Of a stretch of DNA of 64,000 nt, positions 1 to 8,909 are shown piece after piece (the stretch's first letter is position 1; each line of letters opens with the position of its first letter). Under the pieces are notes generated by a model. The model was not told where the DNA came from. It was given only the letters and a program-made list of their open reading frames with translations, and searched no databases. The stretch covers positions 363 through 64,362 of the forward strand of contig JADZGE010000069.1 in NCBI GenBank assembly GCA_020854035.1, written 5' to 3'. The stretch comes from Burkholderiales bacterium. Its GTDB lineage: Bacteria; Pseudomonadota; Gammaproteobacteria; Burkholderiales; SG8-41. Made by a program: the position numbers and the translations under genes.

Positions 1-3
1 GAA

Positions 4-93
4 ATGAGCGCGAACGCCAGAACCGCGCTGGTGCTCGCCTCGATCGCGCTCGCGTTCTTCGTCGGCGTCGTGATCCGGCACTGGCCATGGTGA
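4..93 (+). CDS. 29-aa single-TM protein, probable cytochrome oxidase small assembly protein
   Basis: ATG at 4 and in-frame TGA at 91-93 overlapping the ctaG start (ATGGTGA). The peptide MSANARTALVLASIALAFFVGVVIRHWPW is one hydrophobic helix. It sits directly upstream of ctaG and is below the ORF-track length cutoff. Confidence 0.4.
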   Translation: MSANARTALVLASIALAFFVGVVIRHWPW

Positions 94-662
94 ACGCGAG
101 GCAGGCCGGCAACCGGCAGACGCTCGTCAGGCTCGCGCTCGTGTCCGCGATGATGTTCGGCTTCGGCTACGCGATGGTGCCGTTCTATCGCGCGCTGTGC
201 GAGGCGATCGGCATCAACAACGTCGTGAAGCCGGATGCGACCGGCGCGGCGGCCAACACCCAGGTCGACGCGACACGCACCCTGGTCGTCGAGTTCGACA
301 CCAATCTGCGCAACGACCTGCCGTGGACGTTCCGGCCGGCGCAACCGAGCGTGCGCGTGCATCCCGGCGAGCTCGCCACGGTCAACTTCGAGATCCGCAA
401 CAATTCCGGCCGTCCGGTGACCGGGCAGGCGATCCCGAGCTACGGCCCGCAGGTCGCGGCGCGCCATTTCCGCAAGCTCGAGTGCTTCTGCTTCACTCAG
501 CAGACGCTCGCGCCGGGCGAGGTGAAAGTCATGCCCGTTGCGTTCGTGATCGACCGCGAACTGCCGGACGATGTCAACACGGTGACGCTGTCCTACACCT
601 TCTTCGAGGTCGAGGGCAGGCGCGGCGGCGAGGAGGCGAATGCCCGTGGCCGGTCAGGTTGA
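87..662 (+). CDS. ctaG: cytochrome c oxidase assembly protein CtaG/Cox11
   Basis: N-terminal TM segment followed by a Cox11-type soluble domain (FYRALCEAIGI..., CFCF motif). Lies in cox cluster context. Confidence 0.9.
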   Translation: MVNARQAGNRQTLVRLALVSAMMFGFGYAMVPFYRALCEAIGINNVVKPDATGAAANTQVDATRTLVVEFDTNLRNDLPWTFRPAQPSVRVHPGELATVNFEIRNNSGRPVTGQAIPSYGPQVAARHFRKLECFCFTQQTLAPGEVKVMPVAFVIDRELPDDVNTVTLSYTFFEVEGRRGGEEANARGRSG

Positions 663-855
663 AACCCCGCGCAAGGCCGGAGCGGTGGACGCGGTGAAGG
701 CGGTGCTGTGCGCGTTCATCGGCATCCGCAGGGGCGCGGCGCACGAGCGCGACATCGCGACGCTCACGCCGGCGCAGGTGATCGCCACCGGCATCGCCGC
801 CGCGGCGCTGTTCGTCGCGGGGCTGGTGTTTCTGGTGCGCTACATAACGGGCTAG
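640..855 (+). CDS. DUF2970 family small membrane protein
   Basis: 71 aa with AVLCAFIGIRRGAAHERD followed by a C-terminal TM helix. Occupies the conserved position between ctaG and coxC. Confidence 0.7.
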   Translation: MPVAGQVETPRKAGAVDAVKAVLCAFIGIRRGAAHERDIATLTPAQVIATGIAAAALFVAGLVFLVRYITG

Positions 856-895
856 AGCGGGCGCACGCGCGCGGGAAGCGGGAGGGAACGGCATC

Positions 896-1744
896 ATGAT
901 GAGTCAGTCGGCACGCTATTTCATTCCGGACCCGTCGCGCTGGCCGATCTTCGGATCGATCGCGCTGCTCGCCATGGCTTCGGGGGCCGCGTCGTGGTTC
1001 AACGGCTGGGCGCCGGGCAAGTACGTCGTGCTCGCGGGGCTGGCGGTACTTGCCTACATGATGGTGGGCTGGTTCCATTCCGTCGCGCGCGAGAGCGAGG
1101 CCGGGCGCTACAACAAGCAGGTGGACGTCTCCTTCCGCTGGGGGATGAGCTGGTTCATCTTCTCGGAGGTGATGTTCTTCGCGGCCTTCTTCGGCGCGCT
1201 CTTCTACATGCGCGTGCTCTCCGTGCCATGGCTCGGCGACCTCGAGCACCAGCTGCTGTGGCCCGGGTTCAAGGCGGACTGGCCGGCTTCCGGCCCGGCG
1301 ATCAGGGAGCAGTTCACGCCGATGGGCGCCTGGGGCATCCCGGCGATCAACACGATGCTGCTCCTTTCTTCCGGGGTGACGGTCACGCTGGCGCACTGGG
1401 CGCTGCTGCGCAACGACCGGCAGAAGCTCATCGCGTGGATGTTCGCGACGATCGGCCTGGGCCTCACCTTCCTCGGCTTCCAGATCTACGAGTACGGCCA
1501 CGCCTACGCCGATCTCAACCTCAAGCTCTCGAGCGGCGCCTACGGCGCGACCTTTTTCATGCTGACCGGCTTCCACGGCTTCCACGTGACCGTCGGCTGC
1601 ATCATGCTGACCGTGATCCTGTTCCGCTGCGTGGCCGGGCATTTCACGCCGGAGCACCATTTCGGTTTCGAGGGCGTCGCGTGGTACTGGCACTTCGTGG
1701 ACGTGGTGTGGCTGGGCCTTTTCATATTCGTCTACTGGCTATAA
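896..1744 (+). CDS. ctaE: cytochrome c oxidase subunit III
   Basis: 282-aa polytopic protein with HGFHVTVGCIML and WYWHFVDVVWL motifs typical of CoxC. Confidence 0.95.
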   Translation: MMSQSARYFIPDPSRWPIFGSIALLAMASGAASWFNGWAPGKYVVLAGLAVLAYMMVGWFHSVARESEAGRYNKQVDVSFRWGMSWFIFSEVMFFAAFFGALFYMRVLSVPWLGDLEHQLLWPGFKADWPASGPAIREQFTPMGAWGIPAINTMLLLSSGVTVTLAHWALLRNDRQKLIAWMFATIGLGLTFLGFQIYEYGHAYADLNLKLSSGAYGATFFMLTGFHGFHVTVGCIMLTVILFRCVAGHFTPEHHFGFEGVAWYWHFVDVVWLGLFIFVYWL

Positions 1745-1820
1745 GGCAAGTCAGAACAATCCGAAGAAACAACAACGGCCGATCAACAAGAAGGGGGGAC
1801 ACCCTGTCAGTAGGGGACGG

Positions 1821-1848
1821 CGCCGCACCGAGCGTGCGGCGTTTTTTT
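1821..1848 (+). terminator. rho-independent terminator after coxC
   Basis: 8-bp GC stem cgccgcac/gtgcggcg with a 5-nt loop, followed by a T7 run (1842-1848). Confidence 0.6.
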
Positions 1849-1868
1849 CGGGCCCCGGCGGGCCGCCG

Positions 1869-2066
1869 CTACTGAAGCCGACCGCTGATGAAGCCGAAGT
1901 GGTAGCCGAGCATGAGGAGCGCGAACAGCACCAGGGAGAGCGCCACGCGGACCGTGAGCGCCCGCGCCATCCGCTCCGATCCGCCGCGGTCGGTGACGAG
2001 AAAGTAGAGCGCCGAGAACAGGCTCCCGACGATGAATGCCAGAAACAGGATGACGACGATCTTCAC
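1869..2066 (-). CDS. twin transmembrane helix small protein (DUF2909)
   Basis: GTG start at 2066. The 65-aa product VKIVVILFLAFIVGSLF...ALSLVLFALLMLGY has two TM helices. The upstream part of the 146-aa ORF is Arg/Ala/Pro-rich and looks non-coding. Confidence 0.7.
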   Translation of the reverse strand: MKIVVILFLAFIVGSLFSALYFLVTDRGGSERMARALTVRVALSLVLFALLMLGYHFGFISGRLQ

Positions 2067-2158
2067 GAGCGGCCCCGGCAGGCAACCAGTGTAGCCCAGA
2101 CTCCGGCGACCGTGGCGCACTTTCCCACCGGCGCCCCGGCCCGAGGCGCAGCCCGCGC

Positions 2159-2872
2159 ATGTCTTTTCGCCTGAAAGCGCGAGTCTTGCCGACGCTGGCA
2201 ACGGCAGCGGGCGTCGCGGTGGCGCTCTCGCTGGCGGGCTGGCAGCTCGGGCGCGCCCACGAGAAGGAGGCGCTCGGCGCGAGGCTCGCCGCGCTCGCGC
2301 GCGATGCACCGGTCGTGATCGCGCAGGCGCAAGTGCGGGCGGAGGACCTCGAATGGCGGCGGGTGATCGCGCGCGGGCGTTTCGAGCCGCGCTACGGCGT
2401 GTTGATCGACAACCGGACCCGTCACGGGGTGCCCGGCTACCACGTCGTGATGCCGCTCGCGCTCGGCGGGGGCGGGCGCTACGTGCTCGTCAACCGCGGC
2501 TGGATCGCGGGCAACCCCGACCGCTCCCGCCTGCCCGAAGTGCGCACGCCCGCGGGCGAAGTCGAAGTCTCCGGGTTCGCGACGGTGCCGGCGCGGAGCC
2601 ACTTCGAGCTTTCCGACCGGGTGATCGAGGGCCGGGTCTGGCAGAACCTGACGCTGGAGCGCTACCAGCGCGTCTTCCCGCTCGCGCTGCAACCGGTCCT
2701 CATCCAGCAGGAGAACCAGGCGAACGACGGGCTCGCGCGCGACTGGGCCCCGCCCGGCATCGGCGTCGAGCGCCATTACGGCTACGCGGTGCAGTGGCTG
2801 CTGCTGGCGGTGACGCTGCTCGTCTTCTACATCGTGACGCAGGTCGAACGCCGGCGCGAGCCGCCTGTCTGA
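2159..2872 (+). CDS. SURF1 family cytochrome oxidase biogenesis protein
   Basis: N-terminal TM plus GWQLGRAHEKE, and a C-terminal HYGYAVQWLLLA motif plus TM. Confidence 0.85.
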   Translation: MSFRLKARVLPTLATAAGVAVALSLAGWQLGRAHEKEALGARLAALARDAPVVIAQAQVRAEDLEWRRVIARGRFEPRYGVLIDNRTRHGVPGYHVVMPLALGGGGRYVLVNRGWIAGNPDRSRLPEVRTPAGEVEVSGFATVPARSHFELSDRVIEGRVWQNLTLERYQRVFPLALQPVLIQQENQANDGLARDWAPPGIGVERHYGYAVQWLLLAVTLLVFYIVTQVERRREPPV

Positions 2873-2937
2873 AGCGGGAGCGCCGCTGGCGCGCGAGCGG
2901 CGAACCGCGAAGACCGACGCCGGCAGGCGGGAGCAGG

Positions 2938-3522
2938 ATGAAAGCCACCGAACCCGGGCAAGCGCCGCGCCGCAGCCGAACCACGTTCTGGCTGATTCTG
3001 CTCGTGGCGGCTGCCCCCGTCGCCGCCTCGTATTTCGCGTACTTTCTCTGGCGCCCGGCGAGCACGGTGAACTACGGCGAGCTGATCGTCCCGCGGCCGG
3101 TATCCGGTATCGCGCTCGCGCGTCCCGACGGCACGCCGTTCGATCTCTCGGCGCTCAGGGGCAAGTGGGTGCTGGTCGCCGTGGACGCCGGGAGCTGCGA
3201 CGCGGAATGCGAGCGCAAGCTCGTCTACCTGCGCCAGTTGCGGCTGACGCAGGGCAAGAACAGGGACCGCGTCGAGCGCGCATGGCTCGTGAGCGGCGCC
3301 GGCCCGGTGGCCGGGGTTGCGGCGCGCTTTCCGGGCATGTTGGTGCTGCGCGCGTCCGGCCCCGGCCTCGCGGAGGCGTTTCCCGCGCCGCGCGCGGCTT
3401 CCGATCACATCTACCTCATCGATCCGCTGGGCAACCTCATGATGCGATTCCCGCGCGATCCCGATCCGAAAGGCATGACGCGGGACCTCTCGCGGCTGCT
3501 GAAGGCTTCGGCAAGCGGATAG
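2938..3522 (+). CDS. membrane-anchored thioredoxin-fold/SCO-like protein of the cox assembly cluster (uncharacterised)
   Basis: ATG at 2938 in frame within the 2353..3522 ORF. Has an N-terminal TM (FWLILLVAAAPVAASYFAYFLW) and a CDAEC pair after GKWVLVAVDAGS. Confidence 0.5.
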   Translation: MKATEPGQAPRRSRTTFWLILLVAAAPVAASYFAYFLWRPASTVNYGELIVPRPVSGIALARPDGTPFDLSALRGKWVLVAVDAGSCDAECERKLVYLRQLRLTQGKNRDRVERAWLVSGAGPVAGVAARFPGMLVLRASGPGLAEAFPAPRAASDHIYLIDPLGNLMMRFPRDPDPKGMTRDLSRLLKASASG

Positions 3523-3534
3523 CAGACGGTCGGA

Positions 3535-4512
3535 ATGGTGCTACACTTCGCCCTCTTTCGCACGATGAGCCCGATCGGGATCGCGACCCGGCGGGCCGCC
3601 GACGGGTCTCTCATGTCCACCAGTGTCGCGGGCGATGCGTTCGCATCGCGGTTCGGCCAGCTGCTGCGGCTCGCCAAGCCGCGCGTGGTCTCGCTCATCG
3701 TCTTCACGGCGGTGATCGGGATGTTTCTCGCCACCCCGGGCATGGTGCCGCCGCAGGCTCTCTTCGCCGGCAGCATCGGCATCGCGCTGACGGCCGCCGC
3801 CGCCGCGGCAGTGAACTGCCTGGTCGAGCAGAAACTCGACGCGCTGATGGCGCGCACCCGCTACCGGCCGCTGCCCCGCGGACAGGTCACCTCGCTCCAG
3901 ACCCTCGTTTTCGCGGGCATCGTGGGCGGAGCGGGGCTCATCACCCTGCACCAATGGGTGAACGCGCTCACCATGTGGCTTACGCTCGCCACGTTCGTCG
4001 GCTACGCGATCGTCTACACGGTCCTCCTGAAGCCGATGACGCCGCAGAACATCGTGATCGGCGGCGCCTCGGGCGCCATGCCCCCGGTGCTGGGATGGAC
4101 CGCCGTCACGGGAGAGATCGCGCCCGACGCGCTCATCCTCTTCCTCATCATTTTCGCCTGGACGCCGCCGCATTTCTGGGCGCTGGCGCTCTATCGCAAG
4201 GGCGAGTACGCCAGGGCGGGTATCCCGATGCTGCCGGTGACGCACGGCGACCGGTTCACCCGCCTGCACGTCCTCTTCTACACGGTGATACTCGCGGCAG
4301 TCACGTTGATGCCGTTCGTCACCCGGATGAGCGGGATGATCTACCTCGCGTCCGCGCTGGCGCTTGACGCCGTGTTCCTGTGGTACGCGGTCCGGATCTG
4401 CGTCGCGTACAGCGACCGGCTGGCGCAGCGGACCTTCCGCTATTCCATTTTCTACCTGACGGCGCTCTTCGCCGCGCTGCTCGTCGACCATTACTTCCGT
4501 GTACCGGTCTGA
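3535..4512 (+). CDS. cyoE: heme O synthase (protoheme IX farnesyltransferase)
   Basis: UbiA-type polytopic protein with [21 protein letters not shown] and [13 protein letters not shown]. The true start may be the internal MSTSV. Confidence 0.9.
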   Translation: MVLHFALFRTMSPIGIATRRAADGSLMSTSVAGDAFASRFGQLLRLAKPRVVSLIVFTAVIGMFLATPGMVPPQALFAGSIGIALTAAAAAAVNCLVEQKLDALMARTRYRPLPRGQVTSLQTLVFAGIVGGAGLITLHQWVNALTMWLTLATFVGYAIVYTVLLKPMTPQNIVIGGASGAMPPVLGWTAVTGEIAPDALILFLIIFAWTPPHFWALALYRKGEYARAGIPMLPVTHGDRFTRLHVLFYTVILAAVTLMPFVTRMSGMIYLASALALDAVFLWYAVRICVAYSDRLAQRTFRYSIFYLTALFAALLVDHYFRVPV

Positions 4513-5119
4513 CGCAGCCGCGGCGGGCCGCCGCCGCGCGGCGATCCTCGCCTGCGTGCTCGTCGCGGCGGCGCTCGCCGGTTGCGAGCGGGCGCCGCAA
4601 AAACCGAGGTTCGAGCTCACCGACATCACCGGAGCCTCCTTCGGCCGGGAATTCGATCTGCCGGACCACGACGGGCGCAGGCGCACGCTGGCGGATTTCC
4701 GCGGCAAGGTCGTGACCGTCTTCTTCGGTTTCACGCACTGCCCGGACGTTTGCCCCACGACGCTCGGGGAAATGGCGCAGGTCATGCGCGAGCTCGGGCC
4801 CGACGCGGAAAAGGTCCAGGTATTGTTCGTGACGGTCGACCCCGAGCGCGACACCGCGCCGCTGCTCAAGCAATATGTACCGGCCTTTCACCCCTCGTTC
4901 ATCGGCCTTGCCGGCGATGCGGAGGCGACGGCGCGGGTGGCGAAGGAATTCAAGGTGTTCTACCAGAAGCAGCCGCTGAAGAGCGGCGGCTACAGCGTGG
5001 ACCACTCGGCCGGCACCTATGTCTTCGACCGCGAGGGACGCCTGCGCCTGTTCGCGCCGTACGGAAGGGGAGCCGCGCCCATCCTGCACGATATCCGGCT
5101 GCTGCTCGCCGGCGCGTGA
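4499..5119 (+). CDS. SCO family copper chaperone
   Basis: Signal/anchor sequence, then the [14 protein letters not shown] CxxxC motif and a conserved downstream His ([11 protein letters not shown]). Confidence 0.9.
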   Translation: MYRSDAAAAGRRRAAILACVLVAAALAGCERAPQKPRFELTDITGASFGREFDLPDHDGRRRTLADFRGKVVTVFFGFTHCPDVCPTTLGEMAQVMRELGPDAEKVQVLFVTVDPERDTAPLLKQYVPAFHPSFIGLAGDAEATARVAKEFKVFYQKQPLKSGGYSVDHSAGTYVFDREGRLRLFAPYGRGAAPILHDIRLLLAGA

Positions 5120-5145
5120 GCGCGGCCGGGGAGCGATCAACGAAA

Positions 5146-5167
5146 AGGCCCCGGAACGCCGGGGCCT
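5146..5167. terminator. hairpin between the convergent SCO and rpoH genes
   Basis: aggccccgg-aacg-ccggggcct forms a 9-bp stem with a 4-nt loop. An A-run precedes it but there is no clear T-run. Confidence 0.4.
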
Positions 5168-5191
5168 CGCGCGCGGCGGGTGCGCCCGTGC

Positions 5192-6049
5192 CTACGCCGC
5201 GGCGCGCGTCATCTCGCCCTTCATCCTGGCGAGCGCCTTCGCCTCGATCTGGCGGACCCGTTCGGCGGAGACGCCGAGTTCGCGGGCGAGATCGTGCAGC
5301 GTCGCCGGATCCCGCTCGGCGAGCCAGCGCGCTTCGATGATGCGGCGGCTGCGGGCATCGAGCGCCTGCAACGCCCGCGCGAGCCCCGCGCTGTCGCGCT
5401 CCGCGCCCTGCGCCTCTTCGAGCGCGCGGCCCGGCTCCGCGTTCTCGGCGGCGAGGTACGCGATCGGGGCGTATGCCGCTTCGTCATCGTCGGTGGAAGA
5501 CTCCAGCGCGAGATCCTGCCCGCCGAGACGCGTTTCCATCTCGGCCACGTCGTCCGGGCTCACGCGCAACTGCCGCGCGATGCGCTTGACGTCGTCGGCG
5601 CCGAGGCTCCCGAGTCCCTGCTTGAGGCTCCGCAGGTTGAAGAAGAGCTTGCGCTGCGCCTTGGTGGTCGCGACCTTCACGATGCGCCAGTTGCGCAGGA
5701 TGAACTCGTGCATCTCGGCCCGTATCCAGTACACCGCGAACGATACGAGTCGCACGCCGCGCTCCGGGTCGAAGCGCTTCACCGCCTTCATCAGCCCGAT
5801 GTTGCCTTCCTGGATGAGATCGGCCTGCGGCAATCCGTAGCCCATGTAACCCCGCGCAATCGCCACGACGACGCGCAGGTGCGAGACGACCAGCCGGCGG
5901 GCCGCCTCGAGATCGCCGTGCTCCCGCAGCCGCCGCGCGAGCGCAGTTTCCTCCTCCTGGGACAGGATGGGGAAGCTGTTCACGGCCTGGATATAGGATT
6001 CCAGGCCGACAGCGGCAGACGGAATGGGCAAGGCGTAGGTATTCATCAC
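5192..6049 (-). CDS. rpoH: RNA polymerase sigma-32 (heat shock sigma factor)
   Basis: Sigma-70 regions 2-4 plus the RpoH box QRKLFFNLR. Confidence 0.95.
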   Translation of the reverse strand: MMNTYALPIPSAAVGLESYIQAVNSFPILSQEEETALARRLREHGDLEAARRLVVSHLRVVVAIARGYMGYGLPQADLIQEGNIGLMKAVKRFDPERGVRLVSFAVYWIRAEMHEFILRNWRIVKVATTKAQRKLFFNLRSLKQGLGSLGADDVKRIARQLRVSPDDVAEMETRLGGQDLALESSTDDDEAAYAPIAYLAAENAEPGRALEEAQGAERDSAGLARALQALDARSRRIIEARWLAERDPATLHDLARELGVSAERVRQIEAKALARMKGEMTRAAA

Positions 6050-6159
6050 GATCCCCCTCTACCGGAGCGAGTTTAGCACTCCCAGGATGAGAGTGCCAGA
6101 ACGTGACAAAAGTTCCGCCGGAGAAAGGGATGAAAAGAGATTTCGATCAATGACTTGAG

Positions 6160-7083
6160 CTACATCCGCAGTGGCTGGCCGGCATCGACCCGGGAAAGAT
6201 GCCTCGCCACCGAGAGCCAGCTCCCGAGCCACCCCAGCGCCGTGGCCACGCCAAGGAGGAGCGCCGTATCGCGGGGACTCAGCGGGATCAGTTCGATGCG
6301 GGCGCCGTAGAGGGCGGACAATTCCCCCAGCCCGCCGTTCAGCGCCTTTACCGCACCCCACAGCATGGCCCAGGCGAGCGCGCCGCCCGCGAGACCTTGC
6401 AGCGCGCCGAAGTAGAGCAGCGGCCGGCGTATGAAGGCGGCGCTCGCCCCGATCAGCCGCGCCACCTCGATTTCGTCGCGGCGCGTCAGCAGTTGCAGGC
6501 GGATGGTGTTGAACGTGATGGCGATGAGAGCGAAGCCGAAGAGGGCCGCCAGTATCGCCACGGCCAAGCGTCCCGCCTTCAGCCCCGCCTCCAGCCGCTG
6601 CGCCCACTCCGAATCGAGTTGCACGTGCGCGACGCCCGGCCAGCGCGTCGCTTCGTCACGCAGCGCCGCGAGCGCCGCGGCCGAAGCGTCCCGGGGCTCG
6701 ACGATGTAGGCATCCGGCAGGGGATTGCGCTCCAGGCTCTCGATGACATCGGTAAGGCCGGTGCTTGCCTTCAGCTCGGCGAGGGCCTCGTCGCGCGACA
6801 CGAACCGGTACGCCCTGACCCCGGGATGCCCCTTGAGCCGCTCGCCGACCCGCGCGGTGTCCGCGGCTCCGGCGGCAAGCGCGAGGAACACCGAGATCCG
6901 CGGTTCCGGCGCGAGCGCCCGCGCCGATGCCTGCAGGTTCGCGACCACGAGATGCAGACCCGCGGGCAGCGCGATCGCGATGCCGGTCACGGCGACGCCG
7001 AAGAGCGTCGCGAGCGGCGCGCGGGCGAGGCGGGCGAGCGACCCGGTCAGGCTCTCGTAGTGGTGGCGAAGCCAGGCGCTCAT
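6160..7083 (-). CDS. ftsX: cell division ABC transporter permease FtsX
   Basis: 307 aa with an FtsX-type periplasmic loop and four TM segments. Overlaps the ftsE stop by 4 nt. Confidence 0.9.
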   Translation of the reverse strand: MSAWLRHHYESLTGSLARLARAPLATLFGVAVTGIAIALPAGLHLVVANLQASARALAPEPRISVFLALAAGAADTARVGERLKGHPGVRAYRFVSRDEALAELKASTGLTDVIESLERNPLPDAYIVEPRDASAAALAALRDEATRWPGVAHVQLDSEWAQRLEAGLKAGRLAVAILAALFGFALIAITFNTIRLQLLTRRDEIEVARLIGASAAFIRRPLLYFGALQGLAGGALAWAMLWGAVKALNGGLGELSALYGARIELIPLSPRDTALLLGVATALGWLGSWLSVARHLSRVDAGQPLRM

Positions 7084-7739
7084 GCGGTGTCCGCCAGCTT
7101 CCCGCGGTCGAGCGCGAGGCGGCGCGGAGCGAGCCGCGCCGCGAGCGCCTCGTCGTGGCTCGCGATCACCACCGTGACGCCGACCTCGTTGAACGACTTG
7201 AGCAGTTCCCCGAGCGCCGCCGCGCTCGCCGCGTCGAGATTGCCGGTCGGCTCGTCGACGAGGAGGATCGCCGGCCGGTGCACGATGGCGCGGGCGAGCG
7301 CGAGCCGCTGCTGTTCGCCCCCGGAAAGGGCAACCGGGTTGGCGCGCTCGTGCCGCAGCAAACCGACCTTGTCGAGCGCGGCCCGCGCGCGGCGCGCCGC
7401 CTCGCGGCGCGGGAAACCGACGATCGCGAGCGGCAGCGCGACGTTGTCGAAGGCGCTGCGGTCGAAGAGCAGCTTGTGATCCTGGAACACCAGGCCGAAA
7501 TTGCGCCGCAGGTACGGCAGCGCGCGATCCCTCAGGGCGCCGACGTTCTGCCCGTTGATCATCACCGTGCCGGCCGTCGGGCGCTCGATCGCCGCCATGA
7601 GCCGCATGAGCGTCGACTTGCCGGCGCCGGAGGGGCCCGTCACGAACACGAGTTCGCCCGCCTCGATCGCGAGCGAGACCCCGCTCAACGCTTCATGCCC
7701 GCCGGGGTAGCGCTTGGTGACGCGGCTGAACGAAATCAT
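7080..7739 (-). CDS. ftsE: cell division ATP-binding protein FtsE
   Basis: Walker A GPSGAGKST, signature LSGGEQQR, Walker B ILLVDEPT. Confidence 0.95.
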   Translation of the reverse strand: MISFSRVTKRYPGGHEALSGVSLAIEAGELVFVTGPSGAGKSTLMRLMAAIERPTAGTVMINGQNVGALRDRALPYLRRNFGLVFQDHKLLFDRSAFDNVALPLAIVGFPRREAARRARAALDKVGLLRHERANPVALSGGEQQRLALARAIVHRPAILLVDEPTGNLDAASAAALGELLKSFNEVGVTVVIASHDEALAARLAPRRLALDRGKLADTA

Positions 7740-7742
7740 GAA

Positions 7743-7777
7743 GACGGGCGAGCGGAGATCGGGGACCGGGGACGGGA
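7743..7777. repeat. 5 x 7-nt tandem array (GANCGGG)
   Basis: gacgggc gagcgga gatcggg gaccggg gacggga, read directly in the ftsY-ftsE spacer. Confidence 0.8.
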
Positions 7778-7811
7778 CCCGGCTCTCCTGTCCCTCATCC
7801 CGCGTCGCCCT

Positions 7812-8783
7812 TCACTCGAGCAGGGCGGAGACGAACTCGCCCGCATCGAACGGGCGCAGGTCATCCAGCCCTTCGCCGACGCCGATGAAGCGCAGCGGTA
7901 TCGGCCGCTCGCGGGCGGAACCCGGGCGCAGATGCGCGATCGCCGCGATGACGCCGCCACGCGCGCTGCCGTCGAGCTTGGTGAGGATGAGCCCGGTCAC
8001 GCCAAGCGCATCGTCGAACGCCTTCACCTGCGCGAGCGCATTCTGGCCGGTGTTCGCGTCGAGAACGAGCAGCACCTCGTGGGGCGCGCCCGGCAGCGCC
8101 TTGGCGATGACGCGCTTCACCTTCCTGATTTCCTCCATGAGGTGGAGCTGGGTCGGCAGCCGCCCAGCGGTGTCGGCGAGCACGACGTCGATCCCTCGCG
8201 CCTGCGCCGCGTTGATGGCGTCGTAGATCACCGCGGCGGCGTCCCCCGATTGCTGCGAGATCACCGTCACACCGTTCCGCTCGCCCCACGCGATGAGCTG
8301 TTCGCGCGCCGCGGCGCGAAACGTGTCTCCCGCGGCGAGCAGCACCGAGTGCCCCTGGCCCCGAAAATAATTCGCGAGCTTGCCGATCGAGGTGGTCTTG
8401 CCGCTGCCGTTCACCCCGGCCAGCATGATGACGAAGGGACGGCGCGCGTCCACGGCGAGCGGGACGGCGAGCGGCTCGAGCGCCGCGAGCAGCGCGCCGT
8501 GCAGCGCGTCCTTCAGTTGCGCGGCGTCGGTATAACGCCCGCGGCGCGCGCGCTCGCGCACCGCCTCGATGAGCGCCGCGCTCGCGCCGGGGCCCACGTC
8601 GGCAGTGAGGAGGACGGCCTCCAGCTCCTCGTAGAGCGACGCGTCGAGAGCGCGGCCAGCCCCGAAAAGACCCGCGAGGCGGGAGCCAAGCTGCCGGCGT
8701 GTCTTGTCGAGGCCCTGCTTCAGGCGGTCGATCCAGCGGGAGCCGCCGCCGTCGCCCTTCGAACCTCTCAGGAAACTAAACAC
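7812..8783 (-). CDS. ftsY: signal recognition particle receptor FtsY
   Basis: GTG at 8783 (VFSFLRGSK...). Carries the SRP GTPase motifs GVNGSGKTTSIGK, DTAGR and TKLDG. The 276-aa upstream extension of the ORF overlaps the M16 gene and looks non-coding. Confidence 0.9.
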   Translation of the reverse strand: MFSFLRGSKGDGGGSRWIDRLKQGLDKTRRQLGSRLAGLFGAGRALDASLYEELEAVLLTADVGPGASAALIEAVRERARRGRYTDAAQLKDALHGALLAALEPLAVPLAVDARRPFVIMLAGVNGSGKTTSIGKLANYFRGQGHSVLLAAGDTFRAAAREQLIAWGERNGVTVISQQSGDAAAVIYDAINAAQARGIDVVLADTAGRLPTQLHLMEEIRKVKRVIAKALPGAPHEVLLVLDANTGQNALAQVKAFDDALGVTGLILTKLDGSARGGVIAAIAHLRPGSARERPIPLRFIGVGEGLDDLRPFDAGEFVSALLE

Positions 8784-8909
8784 GCGCCTGGCAGTCTCAT
8801 CGGGTTGTGGTCGCGGGCGGGCAGCGCGCCCACGCCGCCGCGTCGGGACAGCCGGTGCGTCGCTCGCTACAATCCCGGATTCTAATCCACTCGCCGTCCT
8901 TCGCTGACC

